DNA of 64,000 bases from Octopus sinensis (Eukaryota), in NCBI RefSeq assembly GCF_006345805.1, contig NC_043022.1:22940001-23004000 (forward strand), given 5' to 3'. Positions within the stretch are counted from its first letter, which is position 1; every line of letters starts with the position of its first letter. The position numbers were made by a program, and so were the translations under genes. This document shows positions 12,871-25,936 of this stretch, piece by piece. The notes under the pieces are model-generated. The model ran no database searches and had not been told where the DNA came from. It saw nothing but the letters and a program-made list of their open reading frames with translations.

Positions 12871-12902
<32 letters not shown>

Positions 12903-12904
12903 CT

Positions 12905-13270
12905 TTTATAGTTTATGTGTTTCAGTCATTTGACTGCAGCCATGCTGAGAAACCACCTTGAAGAATTTAAGTCAAGTGAATCAACCCCATTACTTAATTT
13001 TGTTAAGCCTGGCACTTATTCTATCAGTCTGCTTTGCCAAACTGCTAAGTTACAAAGACATAATTACACCAACACTGGTCGTCAAGCAGTGAGTGGGGAC
13101 AAAAACAAACACAAAAACACACACATACATATATATATGATGGGCTTCTTTCAGTTTCCATTTACCAAATCCACTCACAAGGCTTTGTTTGGCCTGATGC
13201 TATAACAGAAGGTGCCACACAGCGGGACTGAACCTGGAACCAGGTGGGGTGGGAAACAAGCTTCTTACCA
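12905..13270 (-). mobile_element. SINE family A, diverged
   Basis: Homology to 13735-14149. Confidence 0.75.
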
Positions 13271-13734
13271 CATCTATTTAGTCATGCTTGACCTCTGTAA
13301 ACAATAATTAGCATGTATATATAACTACCTGTTTAGTCACTTAAAAAAAATAATGTATATATAACTACTTGTTTAGTCATATAAACATAGCTTCATCACC
13401 ATAAACAGTAACCAGTGTGTCTATGATCATATGTTTAGTCATGCTTGACCTCTATAATCAATAAACAGTGTGTACATAATGACCTGTTTTATTGAGCATG
13501 ACCTCTGTAAATTACGATCAGAGTGTATATAACTACCTATGTAGTCATGTCTAGACAATACCCAGTGGTGCTAAACAGACAGTTATATATACACACAACA
13601 ACTGTTAAGCAGGTAGTTATATATACACCCTATATAACTTGTTTATAGTGGTTATGTCTGAACATGAAAAACAATAAGCAGTGTGTATATAACTACGTTT
13701 TTTTGTCATATATAAATACACAGAGTATATATAC

Positions 13735-14149
13735 TCTTTACTCTTCTACTTGTTTCAATCATTTGACTGGCCATGCTGAAGCACCACCTTTAGTTGAGCA
13801 AATCGACCCCGGGACTTATTGTTTATAAGCCTAGTACTTATTCTATCAGTCTCTTTTGCCGAACCGCTAAGTTACGGGGACGAAAACACACCAGCATCGG
13901 TTGTCAAGCGATATTGGGGAGGGGGGGACAAACACAGACACACAAACATATACACACACACATACAGATATATATACATATATATGACGGGCTTTTTTTC
14001 AGTTTCCGTCTACCAAATCCACTCACAAGGCTTTGGTCGGCCCAAGGCTATAGTAGAAAACACTTGCCCAAGATGCCACACAGTTGGACTGAACCCGGAA
14101 CCATGTGGTTCGTAAGCAAGCTACTTACCACACAGCCACTCCTACGCCT
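13735..14149 (-). mobile_element. SINE family A, full length with 19-bp TSD
   Basis: TSD ATACACAGAGTATATATAC at 13716-34 and 14150-68. Confidence 0.93.
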
Positions 14150-14221
14150 ATACACAGAGTATATATACACGGAGTTATACACAGAGTATAAACAATACTC
14201 TGTGTATATATAACTACTTGA

Positions 14222-14720
14222 GTGGAGGTGCATGGCTTAATGGTTAGGGTGTTGGACTCATGATCATAAGATTGTGGTTTCGATTCCTGGACTAGGTGAT
14301 GTGTTGTGTTCTTGAGCAAAACACTTCATTTCACGTTACTCCAGTCCACTCAGCTGGTAAAAATGGATAATCCTGTGATGGACTGGTGTCCCATCCAGGG
14401 AAGTGTATCCACATCAGGGAAACCAGGAAACCAGCTCGATGATTCTTATGGATCAATGTGGACTAACCATAATATAAATATATCCTACAATATTGTTGTG
14501 TATAATATAGATATGGGGGAAATGCATAGCTTAGTGGTTAGGGTGTTGGACTCATGATTGTAAGATTGTAGTTTTGATCCCTGGAACAAAACCCTTCATT
14601 TCACATTGCTCCAGTCCACTCAGCTGGTATAAAATGAGTAATCCTGTGATGGACCAGTGTCATGTCCAGGGAGAAACTGGCCCTATTCTCCTCACAGATT
14701 AATGTGGACTAACCATATAA
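14222..14720 (+). mobile_element. SINE family C, tandem pair
   Basis: Two heads GCTTA(A/G)TGGTTAGGGTGTTGGACTCATGAT, each copy ending AATGTGGACTAACCAT. Confidence 0.82.
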
Positions 14721-14724
14721 CTTT

Positions 14725-15335
14725 TCTACTCTAGGTACATGGCCTGAAATTTGGGGGAGGGGGCCAGTCGATTAGATCGCCCCCAGTATGCAACTGGTAA
14801 TTAATTCATCAATCCCAAAAGGACAAAAGGCAAAGTCAACCTCGGCGGAATTTGAACCTAGAATGTAAAGACAGATGAAATACCACTAAGCATTTCGCCC
14901 GGCATTCTGACATTTCTTATTTCTTTATTGCCCACAAGGGGCTAAAGATAGAGGGGACAAACAAGGACAGACAAAGGGATGAAGTTGATGACATCGACCC
15001 CAGTGCGTAACTGGTACTTATTTAATCGACCCAGAAAGGATGAAAGACAAAGTTGACCTCAGCGGAATTTGAACTCAGAACGTAACAGCAGATGAAATAC
15101 CTATTTGTTTACTACCCACAAGGAGCTAAACACAGAGAGGACAAACAAGGACAGACAAATGGATTAAGTTGATTATATCGACCCCAGTGTGTAACTGGAA
15201 CTTAATTTATCGACCACGAAAGGATGAAAGTTAAAGTCGACCTCGGCAGAATTTGAACTCAGAACGTAACAGCAGACGAAATACTGCTAAGTACTTCGCC
15301 CGGCGTGCTAATGTTTCTGCCAGCTTGCCACCTTA
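14725..15335 (-). mobile_element. SINE family B trimer
   Basis: One head (15290-15335) followed by three B-box/core units with two tail types. Confidence 0.85.
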
Positions 15336-15640
15336 CTAACCATATAACTGCCTGTATAGTTAAGACTTAGTTCTATAAAGAACACCCAATAACAAGTGTA
15401 TGTATAAAGGACTATCTATTTTGTCATGTTTATATATGTCTGTTGTGATTTGAGTAACACTGGGTCAAGTGCATGTCACAAAATGTAGTCTGTATTTTCC
15501 CAGCATTCATAGCACTTTTTACTTCTATCTCTCTTTTTTAATGGTCAATGTAATTGACTAGCCCTCTCCCTCAAAATTTCAGGCCTTGTGCCTAGAGCAT
15601 AAATTAACATGGAATTTTGAAGGAAAGTTTTAAAAATTAG

Positions 15641-15883
15641 TTCTGTTGTGTCTGGGGAGAGTCCTTTTCTTTTTGTGCCTTATAATGTAACACACTCACC
15701 AGTAAAATTTCCACTTATTTCTTTTTTTATTTTCCTAAAATTTTCATTACGTCTTGCAGACTGTTGCAAGACACAACGAAAATTTTAGGAAAATAAAAAT
15801 AAGAAATAAGTGGAAATTTTACTGGTGAGTGTGTTAAATAATAAGACACAAAAAGAAAATGACTCTCCCCAGACACAACAGAA
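15641..15883. repeat. Long palindrome (about 118-bp arms, 6-nt loop)
   Basis: TTCTGTTGTGTCTGGGGAGAGTC... / ...GACTCTCCCCAGACACAACAGAA; centre GTCTTGCA-gactgt-TGCAAGAC. Confidence 0.92.
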
Positions 15884-16715
15884 TATGCTTCAACACATGA
15901 ACTTACATAAAGAATCTTGCAAACCAAATCCGAAAACGAAATTTAAAAATTAAGAGTACTTTAATACAGGAGATTCATATCATAGAACCAAAGACAGTCT
16001 CAGGTTGGCAGCAATAGAGATAAATCAAAGCTGTTACACTATATTGGTCTTTGTTGCTACTGACAACAAAATATATTGCCTTTTTAGTATTTTCATATGA
16101 CTAAAGTGTTTTATAACACCTTTCCTGTATTTATTGCTGTTATATTTGTCCATTCTTCCTTACAAAAACCAAACTTACTGACATCTATAAAACACTCTTG
16201 GATTTTATTACCATTCTTGCTAATACAGCATTTCAACAGTCTCCTTATAGTTCAGATTTTTCTTTTGTATTTAATTACTTCTGTTTCTTTAGAAACTAGA
16301 TTTTTCTGCTTGTCATATTCCCCAATCAATTTTTAGAATAAATTCCCTTCCTTTCTTTGAGATATTTCCTATAAAAAAACAACATATCCTTCTATAAACT
16401 ACTGTATCAATCTTTTATTTGTCTCACCATCTACTCTTCCGAGTCCCTCAATTATTGTACATCCTGTCCAATTATCTTTGTTATTTTTCTGTGTTTTTGT
16501 AAGTCATCTAGTTCTCGATTTACTGTAACAGAATCAATATTTAATAACTAGCACAACCTGTGTGTTGTAGCCATTATTTTGTTCTTAGCTACCAGTTCAG
16601 CCATCAATACTAATTCAATTTATAAATTATTTTTTATCCCTCTCAGAATTATTATATTACATATTGTCTACTTTATCTACTTGGACAACTTTATTTCTGC
16701 ATTGCTGTTCTCATT

Positions 16716-17063
16716 TCTATATATATAAACGGCAAAATGTCTGTGTGTGTGTCCTTTATACAAATCCACAATTTTTCAGTTAGAGGGCTCGCACTTTCTA
16801 TGGTCATTTAAAACCGTCCAAGGGTGGGTGTGCACATCTTTACATTTCCCCAGTCACCCTGCAAAAACATTAAAAAATCAATAGAAGTGATTTTTGGTGA
16901 ATTTTCTATCCCCAACCCAATCAAAATGCCCGAAATTTGATACACCAATTGAATGCCAGTTAGCTGTATGTGATTGGTCGGAGATTTGGACAGTACTCAC
17001 GTGTATGTGTGCACGCACGCAGCTGTATATGCATGCATTAGCACTATGACCCGGCAACGCTAG
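16716..17063 (+). mobile_element. Helitron-like non-autonomous element
   Basis: 5' TCTATATATATAAA...TGTCTGTGTGTGTG; 3' ACCCGGCAACG-CTAG|T (half of the terminal hairpin retained). Confidence 0.55.
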
Positions 17064-17149
17064 TTCTAGATAAATTCAAACAGGTTAATTCTACTCAGAG
17101 CTTCAGCATGATGCTGACAGTTTATCTATACACTTTCATATTTTAATTG

Positions 17150-17492
17150 CCTTAGTCATTGGACTGTGACCATGCTGGAGCACCACCTTGAAGGGTTTTG
17201 TTGAACAGAACAACCCTAGTATTTATTTTTTAAGTTGGGAACTTATTTTGTTTTGATTTGCTGAACCGCCAAACTTACAAGGATATAAACAAACAAACAC
17301 TGGTTGTCAAGTGGTGGTTGGGGACAAATGCAAAGACACACACACACATCACATATATATGATGGGCTTCTTTCAGTTTCCATTTACCAAATCAACTCAC
17401 AAGGCTTTGACCAGCTTGGGACTATAGTGGAAGACACTTGCCTACGGTGCTATGCAGTGGGAATGAACCCAGAACTATATGGTTGGGAGGCA
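17150..17492 (-). mobile_element. SINE family A, diverged
   Basis: Family motifs throughout; abuts the R4/Dong-like fragment. Confidence 0.75.
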
Positions 17493-17495
17493 ACC

Positions 17496-17690
17496 ATGGA
17501 TGTTGACACAGTCATAAAAGAACTCAGGCAGGAAGAAACTTACAAATACCTTGGAATAAATGAGGGCTCTGGGATTCAGCATGCAAGCATGAAAGAGAAG
17601 ATCAGGAAGGAACGTTAGAGGAGAGTTTGAGCAGTCCTAGAATCCAAGTTAAATGCATGTATCAAGGTGTGCGCTATAAATTCCTCAGCA
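17496..17690 (+). mobile_element. R4/Dong-like LINE RT-thumb fragment
   Basis: MDVDTVIKELRQEETYKYLGINEGSGIQHASMKEKIRKE then *RRV*AVLESKLNA..KV.AIN after a frameshift, typical of R4/Dong-type RTs. Confidence 0.7.
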
Positions 17691-17704
17691 GACTATTGAA
17701 AAGG

Positions 17705-17831
17705 TTGCAAGACGCAACGAAAATTTTAGGAAAATAAAAATAAGAAATAAGTGGAAATTTTACCGGTGAGTGTGTTAAATTATAAGGCACAAAAAGAAAA
17801 TGACTCTCCCCAGACACAAAAGAATATGCTT

Positions 17832-17834
<3 letters not shown>
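17705..17834. repeat. Single-arm copy of the 15641-15883 palindrome family
   Basis: Near-identical to 15765-15890 (TTGCAAGAC...CCCCAGACACAA..GAATATGCTTCAA). Confidence 0.88.
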
Positions 17835-17872
<38 letters not shown>

Positions 17873-17876
<4 letters not shown>

Positions 17877-18123
17877 CACCATGAAGGGCCAGGCTATCAG
17901 ATGTTGCTACACATCGCTGGTCACAATGCGCTTCGCATTGTTTTAGCCTTCAAATGACACCACCCCACTGGCTAAGCAAGCTGGCCAACAGAAGAAAGAA
18001 TGAGAGAAAGTTGTGGCGAAAGAGTACAGCAGGGATCGCCACCACCCCTGCCCGGTCTGGGAATCGAAACCACGATCCTACAACCGCGAGTCTGCTGCCC
18101 TAACCACTGGGCCATTACGCCTC

Positions 18124-18124
<1 letters not shown>
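17873..18124 (-). mobile_element. SINE family C variant
   Basis: Head at 18055-18124; the same tail occurs alone at 49490-49610. Confidence 0.78.
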
Positions 18125-18159
<35 letters not shown>

Positions 18160-18459
18160 CACACAATGTGCATCTTTCAGTTGCTATTTATCAAATCCAT
18201 GGACAAGACTCTGGTTGGCCTAGGGCTGTAATAGAAGATATGCCCCAGGTACCGTACAACAGGACTGAACTTGTAACCATGTGGTTTGCAAGCAAGCTTC
18301 TTGCCACACAACTATGCTTGTGGTTGTAAAAATCAAATACATTGTATGCTGTGAGTGATGATACAATCCATGCTCTTAATGAGTGTCAATCAGGTGACGA
18401 GGTCGGTTAATGAACCCGCTCCTTAAGATATGTGGCTTTCTGCCGATCATAGACGAGGG

Positions 18460-18567
18460 TTGCAGTAGTAGTAGTAGTGGTTACTACTACCACTGCTCCT
18501 ATTACTGTCACCACATCATCATCATGACCATCATTAGTACAACCACCACTACCATGACCAGCATCAC

Positions 18568-18599
<32 letters not shown>

Positions 18600-19110
18600 T
18601 CACAGCCAGTATCACCACTCCTACAGCCCTCACCAACATTAACAGGTATCACCATCCTCCAACCACCATCACCATCCCCAACCGCAAACACCATTACTAT
18701 CCCCAGCACCACCATCTCCAATGCCACCACCTTCACCATCCCCAACGCCACCACCTTCACCATCCCCAACGCCACTGCCATCACCATCCACAATGCCACC
18801 CCCATCATCCCCAATGCCATCATCTTCTCCAACACCACTACTATCCCCCAGCACCACCGTCTCCAACACCACCACCGTCCCCAACGCCACCGCCTTCACC
18901 ATCTCCAACGCCACCATCACCATCCCCAACGCCACCACCATTAATCCCCAATGCCATCACCATCTCCAACACCACTAGTATCCCCAGCACCACCATCCCC
19001 AACGCCACCACTACCATCATCATCCCCAACACCACCACCACCACCATCCAGAACATCACTATCCCCTCACCACCAATCTCACCCCCTCCACCCTCTCCAC
19101 TGATTAGCTC
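18460..19110. repeat. (CAC/CAT/TAC)n low complexity with CACCATCCCCAACGCCAC minisatellite
   Basis: Direct inspection. Confidence 0.9.
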
Positions 19111-19229
19111 TATATACAGAGAGAGAGAGAGAGAGGGGGGAGACCAGGTGTAACAATTCTTTAAAGGCTGTGACTAATGCTGTGTGTCATTTACCTCTGA
19201 CTGTGTTGTTGCTGTTGTTGTTCTGGGCT

Positions 19230-20280
19230 TTTACATTTGTTTATAATGCTGATGATAGTGATGATGGCTGTAATGAGAAGGGGTGGTGATGGTGGTGGTG
19301 GTGGCGATGGTGGTGACTGTACAGGTGTTAATGCAGTTGGTAATGATGACTGCGGTGGAGGGGGATGAAGATGATGAAGGAAGTAATTGTAGTGGTGGTG
19401 GTGGTAATAGTAGTGGTGGCTGTGGTGGTAGTTGTGGTGGTAGTAGCAGCAGCGATGGTAGTAGTGGTGCTGGTAATGTTGGCAGTGTGTTGGTGGACAT
19501 AGTGGTGGTAGTCGTGGTGATGGCTTTGATGGTGTTAGTAGTAGCAGTGGTGGTGATGGTGGTATTAGTCTCATCACTCAGGTGTTAATCAAATATATTT
19601 CGATGATGGTTATGGTAGTGGTGGTGGTGACGGTGGTGGTGGTAGTAGACAGGGGAAAATGGTAGTGGCAATGGTGAGGATAGTGATAATGGTTGTGGTG
19701 TGGATACTGACAGTACTGGAAGATGAGAGTGGTGGTGATGGTGTAATGGTGAGGATGTTAGTGATGGGAGTAGTGATGAAGATGAGAGAGGTGGTTAGTG
19801 GTGTTGTCTGTATTGGTGGTGTTTTTGGTAGAGGTTGCTGTTGGTGGTGGTGTTGTTGTTGTTGTTGGTGGTGGTGTTATCTGTGGTGGTGGTGGTCATC
19901 GTGTTGGTGATGGTATTCATGGTAGAGGTGTTATTGTTGGTAGTGGTGTTATCAGTGGTGGTAGTGGTATTATTGTTGCTGTTGTTGTTGGTGGTGGTGG
20001 TTGTAGTAGTGGTGTTATTGTTAGTGGTGGTCATGGTAGTGGTGTTATTGTTAGTGGTAGTCGTGGTAGTGGTATTATTGTTGTTGCTGTTGGTGGTGGT
20101 AGTGGTGGTTGTAGTAGTGGTGTTATTGTGGTTGTTGTTGGTTGTGGTATTGTTGTTGGTGGTGTTGTTGTTGTTGGTGGTGGTGGTCGTGGTGTTGTTG
20201 TTATTGTTGTTGGTGGTGGTCATGATAGTGTTGACAGTGGTGTTGCTGTTATTGTTGTCAGATGTGGTGGTAGCAGCGTC
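19230..20280. repeat. (GGT/GTT/GAT)n low-complexity tract
   Basis: Direct inspection. Confidence 0.92.
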
Positions 20281-23200
20281 CATTTCCTTTGTTTTCTACT
20301 TCCACTCTTGAAGTGGTTAAACACAGTTTGTGTCCAAGGTTTTAGAGCGGATTCTGAGACTGACCACACCCTTTCCTTCCCTGGGGTGGGATTTAGAATA
20401 GACTACATCTGACCATTCCTCAAGTTCCCTAAAGAGTTAGGACGGTTTCTGACCATTCCCCTCTCCCTGACTTATGTCACAAACCCAAAAGGCTCCTGCA
20501 AATATCATATGGGAAACATACACAACAAAAGGAAATGTATGTATGTGATCTTTTTGACTGTTAGAGAGATATTAGAAAGATAAGAATCCCACATTGCCGT
20601 CATTTTCATATCTATTTGTCTGTCTATCTTTCTATCTAACTCTCTCTATCCATCTGTCTCCCTTACTATCCATGTCTATCTCTTTATCCTTATCTCTTTC
20701 TCTATCTAACCCTATCCATCTATCTGCCTCTCTATCTGTCTTTCTAACCCTATTTCTCTCTATCTATCTGTCTGTCTGTCTATCTATCTATCAATCTATT
20801 TATCTGTCTGTCTATCTATCTATGCATGCCTAACTACATACATACATACATACATACATACATACATGCCATACATACAAACACCAATTCAGTCATCCAT
20901 CATACAGACACACAGACAGACAGAGTGACAGACATGCAGACATTTAAAAGCATACGCATACACATACATATATATATATATATATACACACATATGTATG
21001 CCATCATCATAATCATCAGCCTCACGTCCTCATCATTTCATGTCTGCCTTCCATGCTGGCTGGCACGGGTGGAACAGCTTTAGCAGGATCCAAAAATTCA
21101 GAGGACAATGTCTCAGTTTTGGTATGGTGTCTATTGCTGGATACTCTTTCCAATCTTGAGGGTACTGAAATTGTTTTTGTGTGGCACCTGCACCAGTGAG
21201 GTCGCCATGTAACTCAGGTGATCAAAGAGCACACCCTGAATGAGAGTGTGTGTGTAGTAAGGGCAAAGATAAAGATTACCTTATTGAGTCATGCCTACTC
21301 ATAAGGGCCAGTTTGCTGGTTTCAGTGGCATATACATTCTCCTCCAGAACAGGATGCTGGTCTGTCACAGGGTTACTTAGGTTTGCCAGCTGCATGGACT
21401 GGAGCAATGTGGGATAGGGGTAAATATAGAGAATGGGGAGCAAGGGTGGGGGTAGGGTGACCAATGATAAACATGAGAGAGGATGGACATTGATCACTAG
21501 ATCTACAGCAAACAACAAACAGTCTCGTTCAGTTTATTTCCTGCCATCTTAAGAAAAAAAATAAGAAGTAAAAACAGAACAAATTGGATAGTGTAGCCTT
21601 AGATACATTTGGACTATTTGGGAAATTGGGAGGAAACTCTTGGCTTAACAGTCATTGGTCTTAAGTCAGCTTAATCAAGACTGACTCAGGGCTAAACAAC
21701 AGCAATACATCTCTATCAAGCATTTATGTACCTCATCAACACCTTTTTTTTTTAGTTGAGCAGATACTCCAGCTGATGCTAGTCTGAACAAAAGCACTTG
21801 AGACACTCTATGTAGTCTAACAAACACAACTGAATCACCGACAATTACATATCTAATGACATGTTCTGTTGATTTCAACAATAGATAACGTTTTCTTGAA
21901 TGATTTTTTATGTTGACATAAACAAAATTACAAGTGTGTGTGTGTGTATTTGTCTATGGATTTGTGGGTGTATTTGTGTATATATTTCAGTATGTGTATA
22001 GCATGTTTGTGTCTGTGACTCATTAAACAACAAATTACTCAATCACATATACACTGAGATATACTCACATAAATTCAATTACACTCACAAATAGTCACAT
22101 ACTTACACATACACATATATACAAACACACACACACACATGCATGCATGCAGGGATACACACTCAGGAAAAGGAAACAACAGCACAGAGATGAGTAAACC
22201 AAACAGCCAATGAAATTAAGTTAACTAACTATCCAACTTACACACACACACACACACAGATACATACATGCACATGCATGTATGTGTGTGTATGAGCATA
22301 TAAATCTATCTATCTAACAAATATTACACACACACACACACACACACAAATATATATATTGCAAATAATCAATAAAGCTAAATTTGTTTAGATTTATTTA
22401 CTTTAATATTATTGAGAAGTTCAAAACCATTGTTTGTACACCTGTGCAATTAGCATGTATATAGTTGTGTGTGTCTGAGTGTATATGCTACATGAGTGTA
22501 TATACTTACGTGTTTCTTAGTGTATATGCTTACATATATATGTATATATTTATACATATATGCATATATGTAAGCATATGTGTGTATTTCTATGTGTGTA
22601 TATGTATACATGCCTGTATATTGGTGCAGGTGTATGACTGTGTTTTGTGTTTGCATATATTCATGTATAAAAGTAAATTTATAGTACATGCATGTACATA
22701 TATTGTATGTATGTATATATGTATGAATGCATGTATGTATGTATGCATGTATATATGTATGTATGTATGCATGCATGTATAGATGTATGCATTCATGTAT
22801 ATATGTATATATGCATGTATGCATGCATGCATGTATATATGTATGCATGCATGTATATATGCATGTATGAATGTATGTATGTATGTATGCATGCATTTAT
22901 GTATGCATGAATGTATATATGTATGTATGCATGCATGTATATATGTATGTATGTATACATATATACATGCATGCATACATACATACAAACATACATACAT
23001 ACATACAATATATGTATGTATGTATGAATGTGTGTTCATCCTCATAATACTAAGAAGATTAATTCTCAAAGACATAGATAAGTGTTAGAATAAGGTGAGG
23101 GCAGGAGAGAAGCAAACACAAAGACCCTGAGGACATTTTCACAGAGCTACTAAAACCTTATATTAACATCATAAATATATGATAGTTGCTGTCGTTATAG

Positions 23201-24189
23201 CTAAAGATGACAGTTCTGTTTCTCTGTCTCTCTCCTAACAGCTTTCTCTTTCTCTCTCTTTCTGTCTGTCTCTCTCTTTCACTCCTTGAACATTTGCCAT
23301 TACATCATATTCAAACAAAGACATGTCATACCGGACAGCTGCCCCAGTTGTTATATCATAAATGTCCAGATGTGACTGTGATTAAGAAGTTGGTTGCTTA
23401 TCTGTGTGATCTTGAGTTCAATCCTACTGCGTGTCACCTTAGACAAGTGTCTTCTACTGTAGCCCCAGGCCAACCAAAGCCTTGTGAGTGAATATGGTTG
23501 GGAGAAACTGTAAGAAAGAAAATCATTTGTTAGCACACCGAGGGAAAATGCTTAACGGCATTTTGTCTGTCTGAGTTCAAATTCCGCCGAGGTCGACTTT
23601 GCCTTTCATCCTTTCGGGGTCGATAAATTAAGTACCAGTTACACACTGGGGTCGATATAATCGACTTGAAAAAAAGACGAGGTTTATCGCCTCATTGTGC
23701 TTAAGAAAAAAAAAAAAAAGCAAAAAAGAACAATGTTTTAGAGAAGCGAAAGTCGGTGGGCGCTTTTCATCTTCTCCCATCCTTATCATCCTTGTATCAT
23801 TATCATTCATCCCATTAATGTCTGTGTCCAGCCCGCAAGCTTCTCTCTGTGTGCTGCCCTTGTGGCAAATTTAATGAAATAAAGAAGTTTGCTTCCCAAC
23901 CACTTGGTTCCAGGTTCAGTCTCACTGCATGGCGCCTTGGATAAGTGTCTTCTGTTATAGCTTCAGGCTGACCAAAGCTTTGTGAGTGGATTTGGTAGAA
24001 GGAAACTGAAAGAAGCTCATCATATATATTTATATATTTCTAGAATTTTCAACTCTATGTACTTTATATCAATTATAACAATGACCACCACTACATGCTG
24101 AATTGCAATACTGAAATAAGCAGATGTGCTTCAAGAGAACACAGCTTGGATTTTACCCTACCTACATAATGTGTATGTGAGTACATAGA

Positions 24190-24584
24190 ATACTCCTTTA
24201 CTCGTTTCAGTCATTTGACTGAGGCCATGCTAGAGTACCGCCTTTAGTCGAGCAAATAAAACCCAGGACTTATTCTTTGGAAACCTAGTACTTATTCTAT
24301 CTGTCTCTTTTGCCGAACCGCTAAGTTATGGGGACTTAAACACACCAGCATCAGTTGTCAAGTGATGTTAGGGGGACAAACACAGACACACAAACATATA
24401 CACACACATACATATATATATGACAGGCTTGTTTCAGTTTCCGTCTACCAAATCCACTCACAAGGCTTTGGTCGGCCCAAGGCTCTAGTAGATGACACTT
24501 GCCCAAGGTGCCATGCAGTGGGACTGAACCTGGAACCATGTTGTTGGTAAGCAAGCTACTTACCACACAGCCACTCCTACACCT
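24190..24584 (-). mobile_element. SINE family A, full length
   Basis: Family head and tail motifs. Confidence 0.9.
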
Positions 24585-24599
24585 ACTAATAGAAATTTT

Positions 24600-25135
24600 A
24601 AGATGACATGGCAACCTCACAACAAACTAGCACCACTTAGAGATCAGCATTGCCATGGGCTTCTCAATATCTGCTGCATATTATATTCTGGTCATGAAAA
24701 TGGTATTGAAAAGGAGAGACTATTCAGGAAAAAATAGCCATGATACAATCACCAAAAAAAGCATTTACAGATAACTAGACCCTTTTATCTTTAGATCAGC
24801 AGATTATGCAAAATGTTCTTTCGAGGTTAGATGAGCTGATAATGTGTTCAAGGTTGCAGTTCAAAGCCAAAGCTTCACTCAGTTTGACATTTATGAATGA
24901 TGTGCAGAATGAAGTAAAAATTATAATAGCAGGAAAGAGTATTGCAACAGTCAAGGAGGAACCTGTTAAGAGCTTGGGGCAAGGACATTCCGGAGTGTTA
25001 TCAGATAGGAGCTATGGGATGGAAATTATGAAGCAAGCTATGATGGATTAATGGTTATTGATGGTTCAAAACTACCAGGCAAGTGTAAAAGAAGGTGTCT
25101 ATAGCCATGTCTTTCATGGCCACTATTAGTATATG
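24600..25135 (+). mobile_element. Hero-like (R2 superfamily) non-LTR element, RT fragment
   Basis: LEISIAMGFSIS, KAFTDN (decayed FMDD), LQFKAKASLSL, IAGKSIATVKEEPVKSLG, IDGSKLPGK. Confidence 0.75.
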
Positions 25136-25430
25136 AAAGGCAAAGTTGACCTCCGTGGAATTGGAACTCAGAACGTAACGGCAGACGAAATACCTATTTC
25201 TTTACTACCCACAAGGGGCGAAACACAGAGAGGACAAACAAGAACAGACAAATGGATTAAGTCGATTATATCGAACCCCAGTGCGTAACTGGTACTTATT
25301 TAATCGACCCCGAAATGATGAAAGGCAAAGTCAACCTCGGTGGAATTTGAACTCAGAACATAATGGCAGACGAAATACTGCTAAGCATTTCGCCCGGCGT
25401 GCTAACGTTTCTGCCAGCTTGCCGCCTTCT
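25135..25430 (-). mobile_element. SINE family B dimer inserted in the Hero-like element
   Basis: Head at 25400-25428 plus two B-box units. Confidence 0.85.
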
Positions 25431-25774
25431 CCTACAAACCTAGTATGATGAAAGGTATTACATGCAGATGTGGGTAGGTAGGAACACAAACATTTTTTCC
25501 AAGTCTTTACTGGTGCTACACAAATGTACTTGGAGACATAATTTAGTTCCCAGGGCTCTCTCTAATAATGTAAAGAACTTAACACTGATAAGAATGCACT
25601 GAGGAAAACTGTCTGAGATTTTATCACTGTCATCTGTCTAGGAGCAGAAATCCATGTGAAGAAGAAAGAAGTTCCTACCAAAGATGAAAATTGGAACAAT
25701 ATTTTGGAAGAAGTTGCAGATTTCCTAGGATGGGAAAGATGCTTGCCCATACTAGTTCAGAAGAAACTAGATGT

Positions 25775-25935
25775 AGTAAATCATCATCGTTTAACGTCTG
25801 CTTTCCATGCTAGCATGGGTTGGACGATTTTGACTGAAGGCCGGCGAACCAGATGGCTGCACCAGGCTCCAATCTTGATTTGGCAGAATTTCTACAGCTG
25901 GGTGCCCTTCCTAACGCCAACCACTCCGAGAGTAA
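25775..25935 (-). mobile_element. SINE family D 3' part inserted in the Hero-like element
   Basis: Reverse complement of the family D core and tail. Confidence 0.82.
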
Positions 25936-25936
25936 A

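Larger units (their letters stand above)
11990..13715. repeat. Degenerate minisatellite, unit about 55-60 bp, interrupted by TEs
   Basis: Recurrent GTGTATATAACTACC...TTTAGTCATG; inverted units at about 13570-13660; related pieces at 14200 and 15340-15430. Confidence 0.75.

Noticed and set aside
18410-19153. 247-aa His/Pro/Thr-rich extensin-like ORF
   Set aside because: Made of trinucleotide repeats and a minisatellite, with equally long ORFs on the opposite strand.
19795-20412. Poly-Val/Leu, poly-Thr/Asn and Gly/Val ORFs
   Set aside because: Three frames of one (GGT/GTT)n tract.
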